A stretch of DNA of 64,000 bases from Zancudomyces culisetae HAW-14-8 (GCA_052426225.1 JBNJNM010000010.1:992001-1056000); one strand, 5' to 3'; positions 1-13,533 are shown, counted from the first letter of the stretch. Notes: a model not told the origin generated them from the sequence alone. Numbers and translations: made by a program.

Positions 1-3000
1 GAAATGAAGGCAGAAGAGTTGGAGGTGGGGTTGGGGTTGGGGTTGGACATTGCGAAGGGATTGAGGGAAACGGATAAAATCAGATTGTTAACAGGGCCCT
101 TTTCCTCAAAAGAGGTGAAAAAGGTGGCATCACCAGACTCGGCAAGATTGTTGACGGCATCTTCAACATCCGAAATAAAAACCAATTCGTTGTGCACGTT
201 GGAGGTAAAATGAGAAGCCTTCCCAACGACAAATAGATAAGTTTCGGGGTTTCTAGGATTGGTTGTGTCGTCAACATAAAGAAATCCGTAATCGTTAGTG
301 TTGACAAATTCAAGGCCACCAAGAGCGGTTCCGGTGTAAGATGGCGAGTTGTCGTGGGGCGCAAATAGGGAGGTGGCATTTGCGTCGCTAGAAACGTGGA
401 TTAAGCCGATGGTACCAGCCAAGCAAACCTTTTTGGTGAATGGGTCGACAATTGCAACAATTGAGTCGGGATTGCTTGAGGAGTTGCCTACTCTTCCACT
501 TGCTTTTATCCACAAGTATTCATCGTTATCTGGAGGATCAAGAGGTAAATTATTGGTATCGGCGGTAATAGGATTGTTGATATTTGTTGTATAGGCTTTT
601 TTATCAACTTCAACGCATTTTCTATTACGAAGAGGCTTTTTGGAAATTTTCAGAGAAGGTAAAGGAGAGGGAGAAATAGAAGCAGAAGAAGCGGGACTGG
701 CATGGGTGGCTATAAAGGGATTCATATTACAGCCATATAAAGGAACAATGGAGGTAGTGTTGATGTTGTAGTTTTGAGCCAAAAACGCCTGGTACAGATC
801 AAACTTGAGCGAATCGACGCGATCCTCCACGGCAACCAAAAAATTGGAGATAAAGCTTAGGTTGAAGCGATCAAGTCTGTTGGAATGGGTGGTTTGTTGG
901 GGATGATGGAAAGAAACAAGACCACCAATGGGGTTGCCATTGCCAAAGTTGGTACTGGCAATTGAGCGAGGGTAGCGACGAGAAGAACTGTTTTGGCGGC
1001 CAAGAGTGGAATTGGCGCGTTGGAGCAAGGAGGGAGTGGAGGTAAAGTAGTTGAGCATGGTGGTTGTGCAAAAGACATTGCGAACTTTAAATTCGGAGAC
1101 TAGATTAAACCAAGTGGAAGGGTTGTGAACGTATTCAGAGGCAGGTAAGATCAAAGTCGGGGAACCAGTAAACAAACCCAAAAACACCAGCTGCATTAGT
1201 CCGTATCCATTGTATACACGGACACTTGAGAGTATTGGAGAGTTGCTATCAAAGATTGACAGCGCCCTGACTTGAGATGCACAGAAACTAAACACGCTCT
1301 TAAGCGAATAGGTTACAAACGAAGGCGCTTCGGTGCCAAAGAACATCACCAATGCGGGTAGTGCTTGGCTCTGCTTAAACGGTTTGAGCTCCAGGTTGTA
1401 GTTGAGGTTTAGGCTTAGAACGTAGGTAAGATTTACAATGTTGCATCTTCGGCTACCAAAAAACTCTTGGGCAGGCTTTGAAGTGAAAAACTGCGACCCA
1501 GACGAAGTCAAAATCATGCTTGTGTTAAAGCTTTTGAGGGCAGAGACAATGTTGAGCAAATCGGCGTTCATGGTGAGACTCTTTTGTTGGCGTGGATGAG
1601 TGGGTTTTTCCAGTTGAGGAGGTGAAATTGGAATTGGAATGGCACCAAGCAATAATAAGGCATAGATAGCAATGCAGAAATCAATTCCACTGGGTAGAGA
1701 AACTACAACGTATCGACCGTAATGTATCTTGTATTCAAGGTATAAATAGCGAGCGAGTCTTTTAGCGCGTGTTAAGAACTGTGAATATGAAAGTGAGGCT
1801 ACTTCGTTGGCGTTTCTGTCGAATTGGGTGTACATCAAATCGTTAGGAGTCATTGATGAACGGAATTCCAGGATTTCAATCATGTTGTTGAAACGCATCA
1901 TGTCGATTCCGTTGGGTGTAAGAGCGGTTTGGATGAAGGGCTGTTGTGCAGAATTTCTTTTTGCAGGCATTGAGTTGGTCTGCTGAGGCCACAAGTCTTC
2001 ATCGCTGTCTTCATCCACCGACAAGGCTGTTCCTATCCCCGTTCCTGGAATCTTGGGAATGGTGATTCCAGATATTGAATATCGTGAGTACAGGGATTGT
2101 ATGTTACCTGCCTCCCAGCTGGCCTTGGAGAGCAAAGCTGAAATGGCATTTGAACCATATTGGTAACTACGCGGCAGCTTGTTCTTTTCACAAAACACTA
2201 TTCCAAACGCACGGAGTCCAAAGGTTCCCGCGACCAGATCATTGACATCTTGAGCAAGTGCAGCCAGCGAAATGGAGCTAGAATGTAGCTCAGCCACAAT
2301 CACAATAAAGCGAATATCAGAAGTCTTTCCGGTTATTTCAAACAACACACAATCTGAGATGTCCATAAATCTACCTTTGACTCTCGACTTGATTAGTTCG
2401 CTGAAATACGTCTTTAGGGCGTATTCGCCCTGATCATGGTATAGTTCAGTCAAAATATCTTCGTAATATCCAAAGATCATCAGCCTGTCTCCAGAACTTT
2501 TGGTGTTACAAATACTAGCCATTATTCCCGTTCTCAAAAACCCACCACTGCCGGCTTCGCCATGCCGAACGTTGGCTATCTGTGCATTGAATATTGAGTT
2601 GGATAGTTTTGGCATGTTGTAGAACCCATCAGCAGTAGCTTCAGACTTTATCCATATCTCTCCTATTTTCCCTTTGCTGCATATCCGCGAAGTCTCTGGA
2701 TCAACAATAGCCACAAAAGTTCCAAATGTACCGGTGCCATAGATAGGATGTTTTAAAATTCCACCACTAGCTGCCATTTTTGCTTTGGCGTTACTATCAA
2801 CTTCAGTTAACAATATATTGTCGTCAAGGTCTGCCGCCTCTATGGAAATATTATTGAACTGCAAGGCATCCAAATCCAGTTTTAAAACCGACACGGGTTC
2901 CCGTCTAGTGCCAGATGGCCCCTGTTGCTTGCTTAATAGAATACCACCATGTTCATATAGCACACACACTGTACTAATGACATTCCGATTCTCATTCTCC

Positions 3001-6000
3001 GCAATCTGCCCTACTGGACACCCAAATCGTACCAACAAATTCTGGCTAAACAGCCGATGGAACTCCTCATTAATAAGCAGACTGTTGATTACAATATGTC
3101 GCACCCTTGCTAGACTAGGCCCGGCATACTTGTCCATATAAAGTGATGTCGGATCATTGATAGCCATGTTAAGTAGCTTTTGGAATGTCTGATACTCACC
3201 CACAATTATACTAACTCCATATCTCACTACAGTATTTAAATACACGTGTGGGTACTGCATCAAAGTCGGGCTTATAAAAATGCTGGATATTCCTCTGGTT
3301 ATTCCCAAAAAGATCAGGGACAATCCCAAGTGAAGTCTTGGCTCCGCATGCGTAATCAAAACATTCTCCGGATAGGTTGGTTTAGGTGCGATAGTCTGCA
3401 TACTGTACTTATGTGCAAGAACCGGTCTCTCTTCCTTTTGTTTAGTCTTTTTGCTTATTCCCAACATTCTAGAAAATAAAGTGCTTTTTTGTTTGGGTTT
3501 TTGAACAGAGTTCATACTAAGGTGAGGTGAGGTATTAGCCGACACAGAAGCAGTGGAAAAAGAAGCAGGAGTAGTAGGACGAGTAGGATTAATAATACTG
3601 CTACTATTGTTGTTGTTGTTGATATTATTATTATTGATATTGATATTATTATTATTCATTCTAGTTTTTACAGGGAATTTGTTTGGTTTTTCCTCAAGTC
3701 CAAATTCCAAAGCCCAGTTGCGACAGTTATGCACTATTGCCTGATAACTCATTCTAACTCCCTTCAACTCACCAATTGGACTCTTTGTAAACTCCACATA
3801 AGCTATGTCTGTCGGTTTCGGTACGTCGTTTTCATATTTCATTTCACTCAGGGGTACCCCCGACGTGCTTTTTAACCGGATATCATCGGGCCAGTGAGAG
3901 AGTGTGGTATCTCTAAACCTATTCAAATCGCTTAAAAGAGATTTTTCGTTTTGATCGGTGGTTAAAATCAGCTTACACTGTGTACTGGTCAAAACAAAGC
4001 TCATCTCCGCATACGAATCCGTTGCTACTAGAGGAACTGCAACCAGCCCTGAATAAAAACACGCAAACATACTTCCAATGAACTCGGCCACCTCTGTTCT
4101 CCGATATAAAAGCGCCACTTTGTCTCCCCTCCTCAGCCCAAACTCTCCTCTTCCTAACTCACGCTGCACTCCAAGAACCTGTTGTCTCAGCCGCTTCCAA
4201 CTCCAATCTGTAACCACATTTCCCTTTCCATCAATATATTTAAAACTGCTCTGGTCTGGTGTTTTCTGCACTCGCTTTTCTAAAAGACTTATTAGGTCCA
4301 GATTTGTCGTTCCTGCTCCCTCCACACTCTTTCCTTCCATAATAGCTATTGCCTCATTGATCTCAACATCACTAGCATCATCACTGGCTCTCTGTTCCTC
4401 CTCATCTTCCTCGATATAATTTTCATCATAATTTTCATCATAATTTTCATCATAATTTTCATCATAAAACTCTTCTCCAGACTTTTCTCTATATCCAGAA
4501 TTACGGCCTAGTGCCTTTGCTTTCATATACAATCCACTATCAGAGTCTGGACAGACCTCACCCTTTCCTGCAACATGGTGCCTCTCGTCCAACTCCTTAG
4601 GTTTTGCTGTCCTGTCTTTCTGTGTCGATATTTGTTCTCCTTCACCTTGCATCGGTTTATACGGGTTCCACTCTTCCATTCGAAGTTCAGCAATTGATTC
4701 CTTCGGATTTTGTCGTCCAGACCCCTGCTGTTTATTCGTATGGACGCTGTCCATGTGATACATCTCTCCTGAAACTTCTTTATACATTTTTTGGACATGT
4801 GTCGTTTGAGTATCTTGTTCGGGTGTTGTTTCCTCTATACGCTCGTAGGTATACTCTTTTAAAATATCAATACTACTTCCACTCTCTTTCTTTTGCCCTT
4901 GCAAATTATTGTTCTCTACATTGTCTTGGAAATCATATTTATAAATGCTTTCATAATCGAACTGATCCTCCTTTTCCTTTTCCTTTTCTTCTTCTTTTTC
5001 CTCTTTCTTTTTCTTTATCTCCTGAATTTCTTCTATTTCCTCGTGTTTTACTACGGATCCAATACCCTTGTCTAATATGTGCGTTTTAGACTCATCTTGT
5101 CCAACTAGAACATTATCTTCCTTATATTCCAAAACGCTCTTTTTACTCTCATTTGACCCCAAACTTTCTCTGTTAACTTCAAATGTTGCTTCATTGACAT
5201 CATCCTCTTGCACAGGGTCCAATCTTACCGTACACTCCATATCCTTTAATATTCCATTCTTTGCCGAATTTTCCAAGCCCTTCACAGATGTTGCATCCGC
5301 AAGTACTTCGTTATAAATCGCCTGTTTAAGTCTGCTCATCTTCTTGTTTGGTTCAAGAACATTTTCCTTTGTTTTTTCAGCATCATCTCCGTCTCCATCG
5401 TCATCTCCATCGTCATCACCATATCTATCTCCATCATCATTATCCCTCCCCTGTACTTCCATCTTCAACTCTACCTCACTAATACCTCCGTCATCTTTCT
5501 CTTCAATGCCAAACTTTTCACCCACTATATCTAGCAACTCTCCCATTTCATCTGTAAAGTGTTGTATTTCAATACTATAGTTTCTTTCGATCTCACCAAG
5601 CCCGCCGCTAACTCTGTTTGTTCCTATTCTTGATGCCTCTAACGTCAGCTCCTGCATAGAAATTGCCCCTACATCTTGATTCTTCATGTCTAGAGATGAC
5701 CAATAACCACTACCATCACTATACTCTACATCATCGACTCTATCGACATCTCCCCGGAATGCATTGTACAGGTATTTAGAATCCACTCCGTCAACTGTAT
5801 ATTGTGTGTTCAGGTATTCGCTTTTGATATTCTGTCTCATTCTTTGAGGTCTAAGCCGACTCTTCATTCCATTCCCACTCCCATTTTCAGCTACATCTTC
5901 AGCTGCACCCTCATTTTCATCACCACCATCTCCTATTTCTACTTCCTTTACAGAGCGTTCTAAACTCTTTTTGCTACTCTCCTTCGCTTTCCTATCCTTG

Positions 6001-6791
6001 GCGCTCTCTAAATCTTCACTGCCCTCACTGTATATATTTGTGTAAGCCTCTAAATACTCGTTTAAAAGCATGTCTGCATTCTTTACTGTATCATTTCTAA
6101 ACTGTTCTTCCCAGTCCTCTGCCAAAAATCTATTTCTAGGCTCCTCAATTGATGATTCGTATGTGTTTTCAAACGCCTCCACATAGTCTATATTACTCTC
6201 TCCACCCACATTTGTTTTAGGAGGCCTGCTATTCTTCCTGCGGCCTTTTGTTTCCATATTGTTGCTTACTATATTTTATCCATATTATACATATTATACA
6301 TATTGTTCATTCTACTCTTTTTATCTGTCTATGTATCGATCATAACCATTCAGGCTTTAAAAAATATCTCTCATATACTACAACCAACACTTACCTTGCT
6401 CTTTAGTTTTGTGTTCCTGGTCTATTCCGTCCTCTTTTCCTATTTTTTTAGAGCTGGAGCTTGTAACGCCAAAATTCTCGCGCTTTTCTCCTGCCGCAAG
6501 ACGGATTCGAGTTGTGTTAAAGTTTGCTGTTGTCTTGTTATTCAAACTCTTTTCTCGTTCTATCATATTACTTATACTATTTTCTCTGTCTCTTATAAAT
6601 TTTATCTCTTCGTCCGTGATGTTGGTTGGAACACTGACACCCTTTTCTGTACCTTTGCCATTTTTTCCTGTTACAATATTCTCATAGGCCTTTAGGAGTT
6701 CAATCTTTTTGAATTCATACCCTTTGAGGGTAAGAAACCCGTCCACATACTCCTTTTCTAACCGCTTTAATTTTCCTGCCAATTCTTCCAT
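1..6791 (-). CDS. DIP2/CMR2-family protein (DMAP1-binding N-terminus plus two AMP-binding/FAAL-like domains); 3' end lies outside the window
   Basis: Exon 1 6791-6395 encodes a DMAP-binding-like motif (LKRLEKEYVDGFLTLKGYEFKKIELL). A GTAAGT..ATAG intron (6394-6269) joins in frame to a long exon 6268-<1. Manual translation of segments gives DIAYVEFTKSPIGELKGV, GFLRTG, GEIWIKS and a second adenylation-like domain (YGRYVVVSLPSGIDFCIAIYALLLLGAIPIP). The frame is the same at both ends; I did not read every codon of the linker. Confidence 0.85.
4416..4466 (-). repeat. 12-bp tandem repeat x4 encoding (DENY)n
   Basis: ataattttcatc repeated four times on +, inside the DIP2-like CDS. Confidence 0.9.
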
Positions 6792-7449
6792 TGGTAGATT
6801 TCTACGTTGAAGTTTACAGTATTATATTTCTTGTTTCTTTATTAATATTATTATTTTAAATAGTAATGCGTTTTAATATCAAATGACTATATGCAAGAAG
6901 AAAACAGCTTTGTGTTTGGAATCTATTCGGGTTTATTGACTTGTAAACATTCATGTATTTACATACTTTGTTTTCCATTACTAAATAGTTTGGTTCTAAA
7001 AAGTTTTTTTATTTCCTGGTTGTTACTATAAAAGTAATGCTTTAGCTTGGTAAAAATAAACTGCTGAAAAACTATTGTGGATATTTTATTGCCGATTTGT
7101 AATATAATCTCAAACTATTGTATTTATTGGGCTTGAATTGAATCTTAGTTTCACTAAATTTGATTTGAAAGTATTCAATAATTACTTGCAAATAGCTGAT
7201 CCATCATACTATCACTTACATAATATGTGTAATTTTCTGAATTATTTTTTGCTTAACCCATCAAACAACCCAACTTATTTTGATTATGGCGCTAGCGAAT
7301 ATTTGTTCTCATTGTGAAACGAGGACACCACTGTTTGCTTTTTCATCACCTTTTTTTCTTGCTAAATTTCTCATGATAAATTACAGCCAAAGTTCTATGG
7401 TTTGAAGTGATAAAAAAAAAACAATGTAAAATTTGACCTCCCCCATCAC

Positions 7450-8900
7450 CTCCATTTAAATCAAGTTGATGGACAGTGTTTTCTTGTACAGTATATCGAA
7501 GAATGGTAAATTATGGGATAGCCCTACTTTATATTTAAAGCTTAAACTTTTTGTCTTTATCAAAACATCTGGACATTTGCTATATAGAGCAATCAAGATG
7601 TAAAATTTTCAAGAAACCCCGGTCCCGCCTGCACCTGTCCAAAAGCGGTCACTTCTAGACTATTGGCATAAATCCAATGCTTGATTCGCTAATTTAACAT
7701 GTCTCTCCAAGTTCTCCCATCATCTCTTATATTCTTGTGGCTTGGTTTGATTTGGTTTATTCCGTTTACACATATTCCCGAATTGTACATTATTTATTTT
7801 ACAAATGGTCTTGTGCATTATCCATTGTTTTTTTGTCAGCTTTTATTCCAAATATACCTAAACTCATTTACTTTTATACTCTCAACTCACAGCTTTAGCT
7901 AGAAAATATTCAAAAAAAAGTAAAAATAAAAAAGTATTAGTCATAACTTACAAATTCTAGATCAATCATTTCCTGTTATAGTAAAGCTGTCTTTTTTATT
8001 ATACTATTATGTCTTTACTTCAGCTTAGGTATGCAGTTTTGTGTGTAAGTATTTGTTAATAGTACTTTTTGGACTTATTTTTACATGTTTAACTATACTT
8101 TTTATTGTTATCGTATGATAAAATAATTGTTTAAAAGTAGTAAACAAAAACAAAAACTAACAATGTTTTATCCACTATTCCTCTTTTTCTTAGCCCAACT
8201 CTACATTTCATAATACCACACAGTAACGCCATTGTATAAACTACCAAGATATAATTATTCACAATCCTATCATGAGTATAATAACCTCTCCACTCCATAT
8301 TTATGCAAATGTTTATTAAATTTTAATTGAGAATATCCGATCCTCCTATAGGTACAGTATAGACCAAAAGTGAGATACATAGTTACTTCCACCTCAGTTA
8401 ACAAAGCTAGCTTGCCCGCACAGAAAATACGTTGTTCTCATAAATCTAAATAGGGGATTTATGTATAATCTAAAACATTGGCTAGAGTTGGTGGCTGTAA
8501 TGTTTGCCAAGCAATTTTAATTTACTAAGTGTGTGGATACACAATAGTATCCTATATTTGAGTTGTCTATTTCAACACCATTACTGGCAATTAGCTGTGT
8601 ACATACATAGTTCAAATACGGTATAGTATTTTTAATCATACAAACAACAAACATAACATTAAGGTGCCTACTGAAATTTGTTTATAAATATCACCCTCCT
8701 GCCCTGGTGTAACTGGAACGGTCTAACTCAGAGTGGTATAACCTCATAAACATAGATTATATGATACTAGGATCATATTTAATTGGTATAGTGGTCTAAA
8801 GACTCGCTTCTCTACTCCTTATCCTTACATCCTTTGCTTAAAATAACAGATTTTTCTTGATCACCTTTTTATCATGGGGCCGGTGCAGAGTATAGAACTT
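7450..8900 (-). mobile_element. Possible heavily degraded LINE ORF2 remnant
   Basis: Stop-ridden minus-strand fragments occur in the order expected for RT and its C-terminus: HDKKVIKKNLL, TLS*TVPVTPGQEGD, IFCAGKLALLTE, YLGSLYN, RFWTG..SKCP. Similarity judged by eye only. Confidence 0.35.
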
Positions 8901-9261
8901 TGAGTATGTACATTTTTCAAAAAAAAAAAATTAAGCCTCATTTCCTTGCTGAAAATAAAAAATTTCTAACTGCCAAGCTTTTACAGGTTATCTCAGGAGG
9001 TCAATATACAAGTGTAAACTCGATACTCCTTAATGAGCCCAAATAAAGGCAAAAAAATTATACAAGTACTGCATATGCACTTGTGGGTGTGTAGTTACCT
9101 AGAACATGTTCTATTGGCATAAAAGAAAAACAGCTATATCTCTTTTTAAAACGGCTTCCCAAAAAGAATCGGGTTTAGAAAATAATCCTAAATAAGTTAA
9201 ACCCTGTTGCATATCTAATAGCATAGAAAAGACAAATACAAATACTAAAATATAAAAGTGC

Positions 9262-10080
9262 CTAATTCCTTTTATGCAACAGTGAAGCAACTATTACACC
9301 AATAGCTGCAACTGCTCCTCCAGCAATGGCCATACCAATAGCTCCATCTACGCAAATATTAATCAATAAAATTAAAGCAAAAAGTCCGCTAGGTACAAAA
9401 CAACAAGAGTGAGGTTAAATTACTACTGCGACATTACCTCTGGTACATTTCTTTTCTATGAGTCTTTTGAGCGAAAGTGCTTGCTTGTTTTCGGGTTCAA
9501 TATTGATTAAAGTGTCATTGTATCTGTTGGCTTCGCTATAGTTGCCCAATTTGTAGTGACCCAATGAAATATAGTAGAGGCACTCTCTTTGGCGCTCTGG
9601 ATATTCTTCGAATATTTCTATAATAGCAAGAAACACATACAGTAAAAGTAAAAAGTAAAAAAAAGCTACATTAGGGAATAATCAAACAAGCCCCAAATAA
9701 ATATTATAAGCAGGGTCGTGTGTGACCAATAGAATTCACAATTGTTATTTGCATGGCCAAGACATGGTACAGATGCTAGAGTATTTGGCTTACCTTCTAA
9801 TAATTGAACACCCAACTCCTGCTCTGAGCTTTTATTGCTCTTTACAAGACCCCAGGCATAGTTAAATTTTGTCTGGACTGTTACTCTACGCCCTTCTCTC
9901 TCGAATTGCCTCCGCAGAACCTTTTAATTTATTTGATAGTAGTTACTCTCCATTTTTTTCTTCTTTATCTTGTGTGATTTGGATAAAAATTAATTTCTGA
10001 GAGCTTACCAACAATTCTTCTTGGGTCAATGCAGTTTCTGCATCGATTGCATATGGTAAATCGTCCTTTTCGTTGTACAT
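9262..10080 (-). CDS. FIS1: Mitochondrial fission protein Fis1 (4 exons)
   Basis: Exons 10080-10009, 9920-9794, 9617-9438, 9347-9262 splice in frame to [46 protein letters not shown].., ending in a tail anchor ([27 protein letters not shown]). Confidence 0.96.
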
Positions 10081-11017
10081 TGTAGTGTAGTTGTTAACAC
10101 GGTGAATCTTTTCCTCGGATTGTATATATAAATGGTAATGTTGATATATTATTATTTAATACGTGGAAAAAACGTTTGCGCCTAGCTTTTTTTTACCAAA
10201 AAATAATAATTTAAACTAAGCGAGTGTGCAAATATTCATATGAAAGGGGGAAAAAATCGTATCAAAAATATGGTAACATTCATTTGTGTTTTCATAATTT
10301 CCACAAAAAAAAATATAATACCTGAAATTTGCATGTTGGGGAGAGGTATGGAACTTTATCAGTGAAACCACCACATAATTTTGGATTAGTTCTATTTGGT
10401 AAAACCAGAAGACAGTGCTACAAACAAACAAATTTGCCATAAAAATATCCCTGGTTATTGGGAAAAAAAACAAGGCTGGCCAAGCGAATTCTGAAAATTG
10501 CACCCACTATTGAGCTCTTCGGAATGGCTGCAAAATGAGCATATTGGGCTTGAACAAGAATTCTCTTAAAAGCATATATGCCCCACCTCGCTCATTAGTT
10601 TCTTGAGAGGGAAAAAAAAGTGAACAAACCTGGCACTCTGCCATCAGAAGGCTATACCACCATAACACACCATGTTTGAAAGTCTTTGAAGTTGCTTCAC
10701 TACCTTTATTTTTGTTATGTTATTGATGAAAAAAGCAAACTCAAACAAATTCAGCTAATCTATAAAAATTAAATAGGAAAGAAAGGTAATATTGCTATAA
10801 AAAGGTGTTATTGTAGTGTAATAAACCACGCATCAATGAGGTTTTCCAATTTTTGATACAAATTCCACCGACTCTATCACAATTCTCACTCTCACTCTCA
10901 CTCTTCCTCCTTTTTAAGGGAAAGTGAGGAAACCCCTAAAAAAAACACGTCTTTGATGTTATTGTAGATCTGAGCGCAGAAATAAATAATCTTTTGCCAC
11001 TTTTTCTCACCTCTACT

Positions 11018-11563
11018 TTACCTATGCCCTATAAACGCGTAAATAGCTGTTTTGAGGGTCCTAATCATTGGTTTTATCGAGGCAATATAGGGCGAAATGT
11101 CTCTTCTGAAATCTTTGTAGCTGTACCCACCGTGATGTCCATCATAGTAGTAATTTCTACGATAGTCATCAAAGCTGAGCCCCTTTTTCTTAAATGCTCT
11201 CATCGTTTCTGTAGTTTTGTAATAATTATACCTAGTGTTTTTATCACTTTCTGCATTCATAACTACAAGCAACAAATACAGGAAAGCTAAAATTACAGTG
11301 ACCTTCAGCAAAAAATACAGTATTGAACTTATTCTTTTTAGTAAAGTACCAATTGCATATATAATTACGTATATCAGCAAGATCTCAATACAAATCACCA
11401 TGATCTTTGAACCTATATAGTCATTGATCCCTCTGAAGATTGCAAATTCCCTATATACATATCCGTTTATGTTTTTTGCTATTGGATTAAATGCGGAATG
11501 AATCCACATTAAGAAATTGAATATTTGTTCAAATATTTGCTGTAGATCGTCGGCCAAAGTCAT
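11018..11563 (-). CDS. Hypothetical membrane protein with two adjacent hydrophobic segments (Apq12-like topology)
   Basis: 181-aa ATG ORF with an A-rich start context; two hydrophobic helices separated by a short basic loop (LLKRISS). The family assignment is weak. Confidence 0.6.
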   Translation of the reverse strand: MTLADDLQQIFEQIFNFLMWIHSAFNPIAKNINGYVYREFAIFRGINDYIGSKIMVICIEILLIYVIIYAIGTLLKRISSILYFLLKVTVILAFLYLLLVVMNAESDKNTRYNYYKTTETMRAFKKKGLSFDDYRRNYYYDGHHGGYSYKDFRRDISPYIASIKPMIRTLKTAIYAFIGHR

Positions 11564-12147
11564 TTTTTCGTTATTTCTTCTAAAATCGATAAGAGTGACC
11601 TGTGTAAATACATAAAATTGGCTTTTATACTTTTTTGAATTCCTATAAAAAATGTATACTTTTGAGTTATGATATTAAATATCAAGCTCTGGTGATCGCG
11701 TAAACAAATACCATAACTTTGGACCTACAAACAATTTCCCTGTTGATTTGAAACAAAACCAGCAAATCATGTTAATTTTACTTTTTATACAGATTTTCCT
11801 TGACAGAACAAAATATATATGACTGAATGCAACAGCAAGAAAATTTTTGTAGAAATGACACTGCAATTTTCCAGCGTTCGATGAATCAATAATTTACAAG
11901 TCATGGAGATATAAATTAAACCTCAAATCTAGTGTAGGTGAAAATATAGTGTGTTAGTCGGTTTATTCGATATAAAATCCAAAAGCATTTTAGAAATATA
12001 AAGATAAATAACAAAAGTTATAAATGTACATAATCACAACTCCAGACCACTGACATGTCACTTTTTGTCCCATAAAAGTGTTTTTCTAATGAAAAATGCC
12101 TAATGGTTGGGTGGTTCAACTGATGAAATAAAAATAGCATTATTAAA

Positions 12148-13533
12148 TTATATTGTTGAAACAGGAGGAATGGATATTGATGAAATAAAGAGCACAGGTG
12201 GTATTGAGCCAGATATAATTAGTGTTGCTTGTGGTCCAGAAGAAGAACTACTTATGCTACCTGGATTTGTTGATGGTGTGGAGTACTGTGGTACGTTTTG
12301 TTGGGTTTGGTAAACAGTAGCAGCGCCGCTTGTTTGTCCAGAGGGAAGACCAGAAATAAATGTGACTGCAGGCAGCTCTGAACTCGCCAGAACACTCTGC
12401 TGTGGCTGTGGCTGTGGTTGTGGTTGTGGTTGTGGAACATATGACATTGTAGAAGGTGTATATTGTGGAGGAGATGGATTATACACTGCTATAGGTGTTG
12501 GTTCAGGGGTCGGGGACGGGGAATACTCAATTTTTGGTGGTGAAGGTGGTACATAACTGGCTGCAGAATAAGTGGTGGAAGGATACACAGTAACAGTAAC
12601 CTGACTAGCTGGAGCTGGTGATGGTGATGGCACATAACTTGGTGCTGGAGCTGGCGGTGGTGGTGACGGAGCTGGAGGTGGTGGAGATGGAGCTGGTGGA
12701 GGTGGTGGTGGCAATGGAGATGGAGCTGGTGGTGGTGGAGATGGAGCTGGTGGAGGTGGTGGTGGCGATGGAGATGGAGCTGGAGGTGGTGGTGTTGGTG
12801 CGTAGCTTATTGGGGGATGACTTGCATAGGCAACTGTTGGAAGCAACGTAATAGTGATGATGGGTTTTACAGACGAGCTCTGTGGTAAAGGTTGTATTTG
12901 TATAGAAGAGTAGTTAGGTAGAACGACATTTATTTGACTGGACTCATATAAAATCGGCGTTATGGTTTTTGATTGATATTCAACTTGGTATTTTTGCCCC
13001 CTTTCATTGTCATCTGCTTCTGAGTTCAGAGATCTGCCTTTCATCCTTATCTTTTTGTTTATATACACAGGATGTGTGGCATTGTTAGCTGCGGGATTTA
13101 CCCCCACTGTACAGTTAGTACGCCCATAGCCGTTACTTTGACAGTATGAGTTTGCTGGGCAATTGACCTTTTGTAACTTGCCTGTATTACAACGCAAATA
13201 ATAAGATTCTTTACCATTCGGCCCTGGGCATTCTGTCTCGTTCTGTTTTAAGCCGTTGCATTCCATCTTTTTTCCTGGACTGAGATCCCCTATCTTGTAC
13301 GTAGATTTGACCTGAGGAACACACTGGGCTCTGCCGTTTATGTGAATACATGTGTTATTAATAGGACAATGGAACAGTACCTCTTGCATCCCATTTGTAC
13401 ACATGGAGTACGAATGCTGTCCGCGAATTTTTCCTACACAAACAGATGTTCCTGTTCTGCAAGTATCAGCGTGTGTTCGCACCGCCATACATATAAATTG
13501 AACGAATAAAGCTATTCTAAACGAGGTCGTCAT
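12148..13533 (-). CDS. Secreted protein with two 6-Cys modules (CBM19/chitin-binding-like) and an extensin-like Pro-rich stalk
   Basis: 461-aa ORF; N-terminal signal-peptide-like sequence; two modules with similar Cys spacing; PAPSPPPP repeats and a QP run. Confidence 0.85.
   Translation of the reverse strand: MTTSFRIALFVQFICMAVRTHADTCRTGTSVCVGKIRGQHSYSMCTNGMQEVLFHCPINNTCIHINGRAQCVPQVKSTYKIGDLSPGKKMECNGLKQNETECPGPNGKESYYLRCNTGKLQKVNCPANSYCQSNGYGRTNCTVGVNPAANNATHPVYINKKIRMKGRSLNSEADDNERGQKYQVEYQSKTITPILYESSQINVVLPNYSSIQIQPLPQSSSVKPIITITLLPTVAYASHPPISYAPTPPPPAPSPSPPPPPPAPSPPPPAPSPLPPPPPPAPSPPPPAPSPPPPAPAPSYVPSPSPAPASQVTVTVYPSTTYSAASYVPPSPPKIEYSPSPTPEPTPIAVYNPSPPQYTPSTMSYVPQPQPQPQPQPQQSVLASSELPAVTFISGLPSGQTSGAATVYQTQQNVPQYSTPSTNPGSISSSSSGPQATLIISGSIPPVLFISSISIPPVSTI
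12610..12800 (-). repeat. Coding minisatellite encoding PAPSPPPP
   Basis: ggagctgg(a/t)ggtggtggagat-type units repeated on +. Confidence 0.9.

Noticed and set aside
4-6695. Many short plus-strand and off-frame ORFs
   Set aside because: Antisense or alternate-frame shadows of the long minus-strand DIP2-like CDS, which the ORF track omits because it runs off the window.
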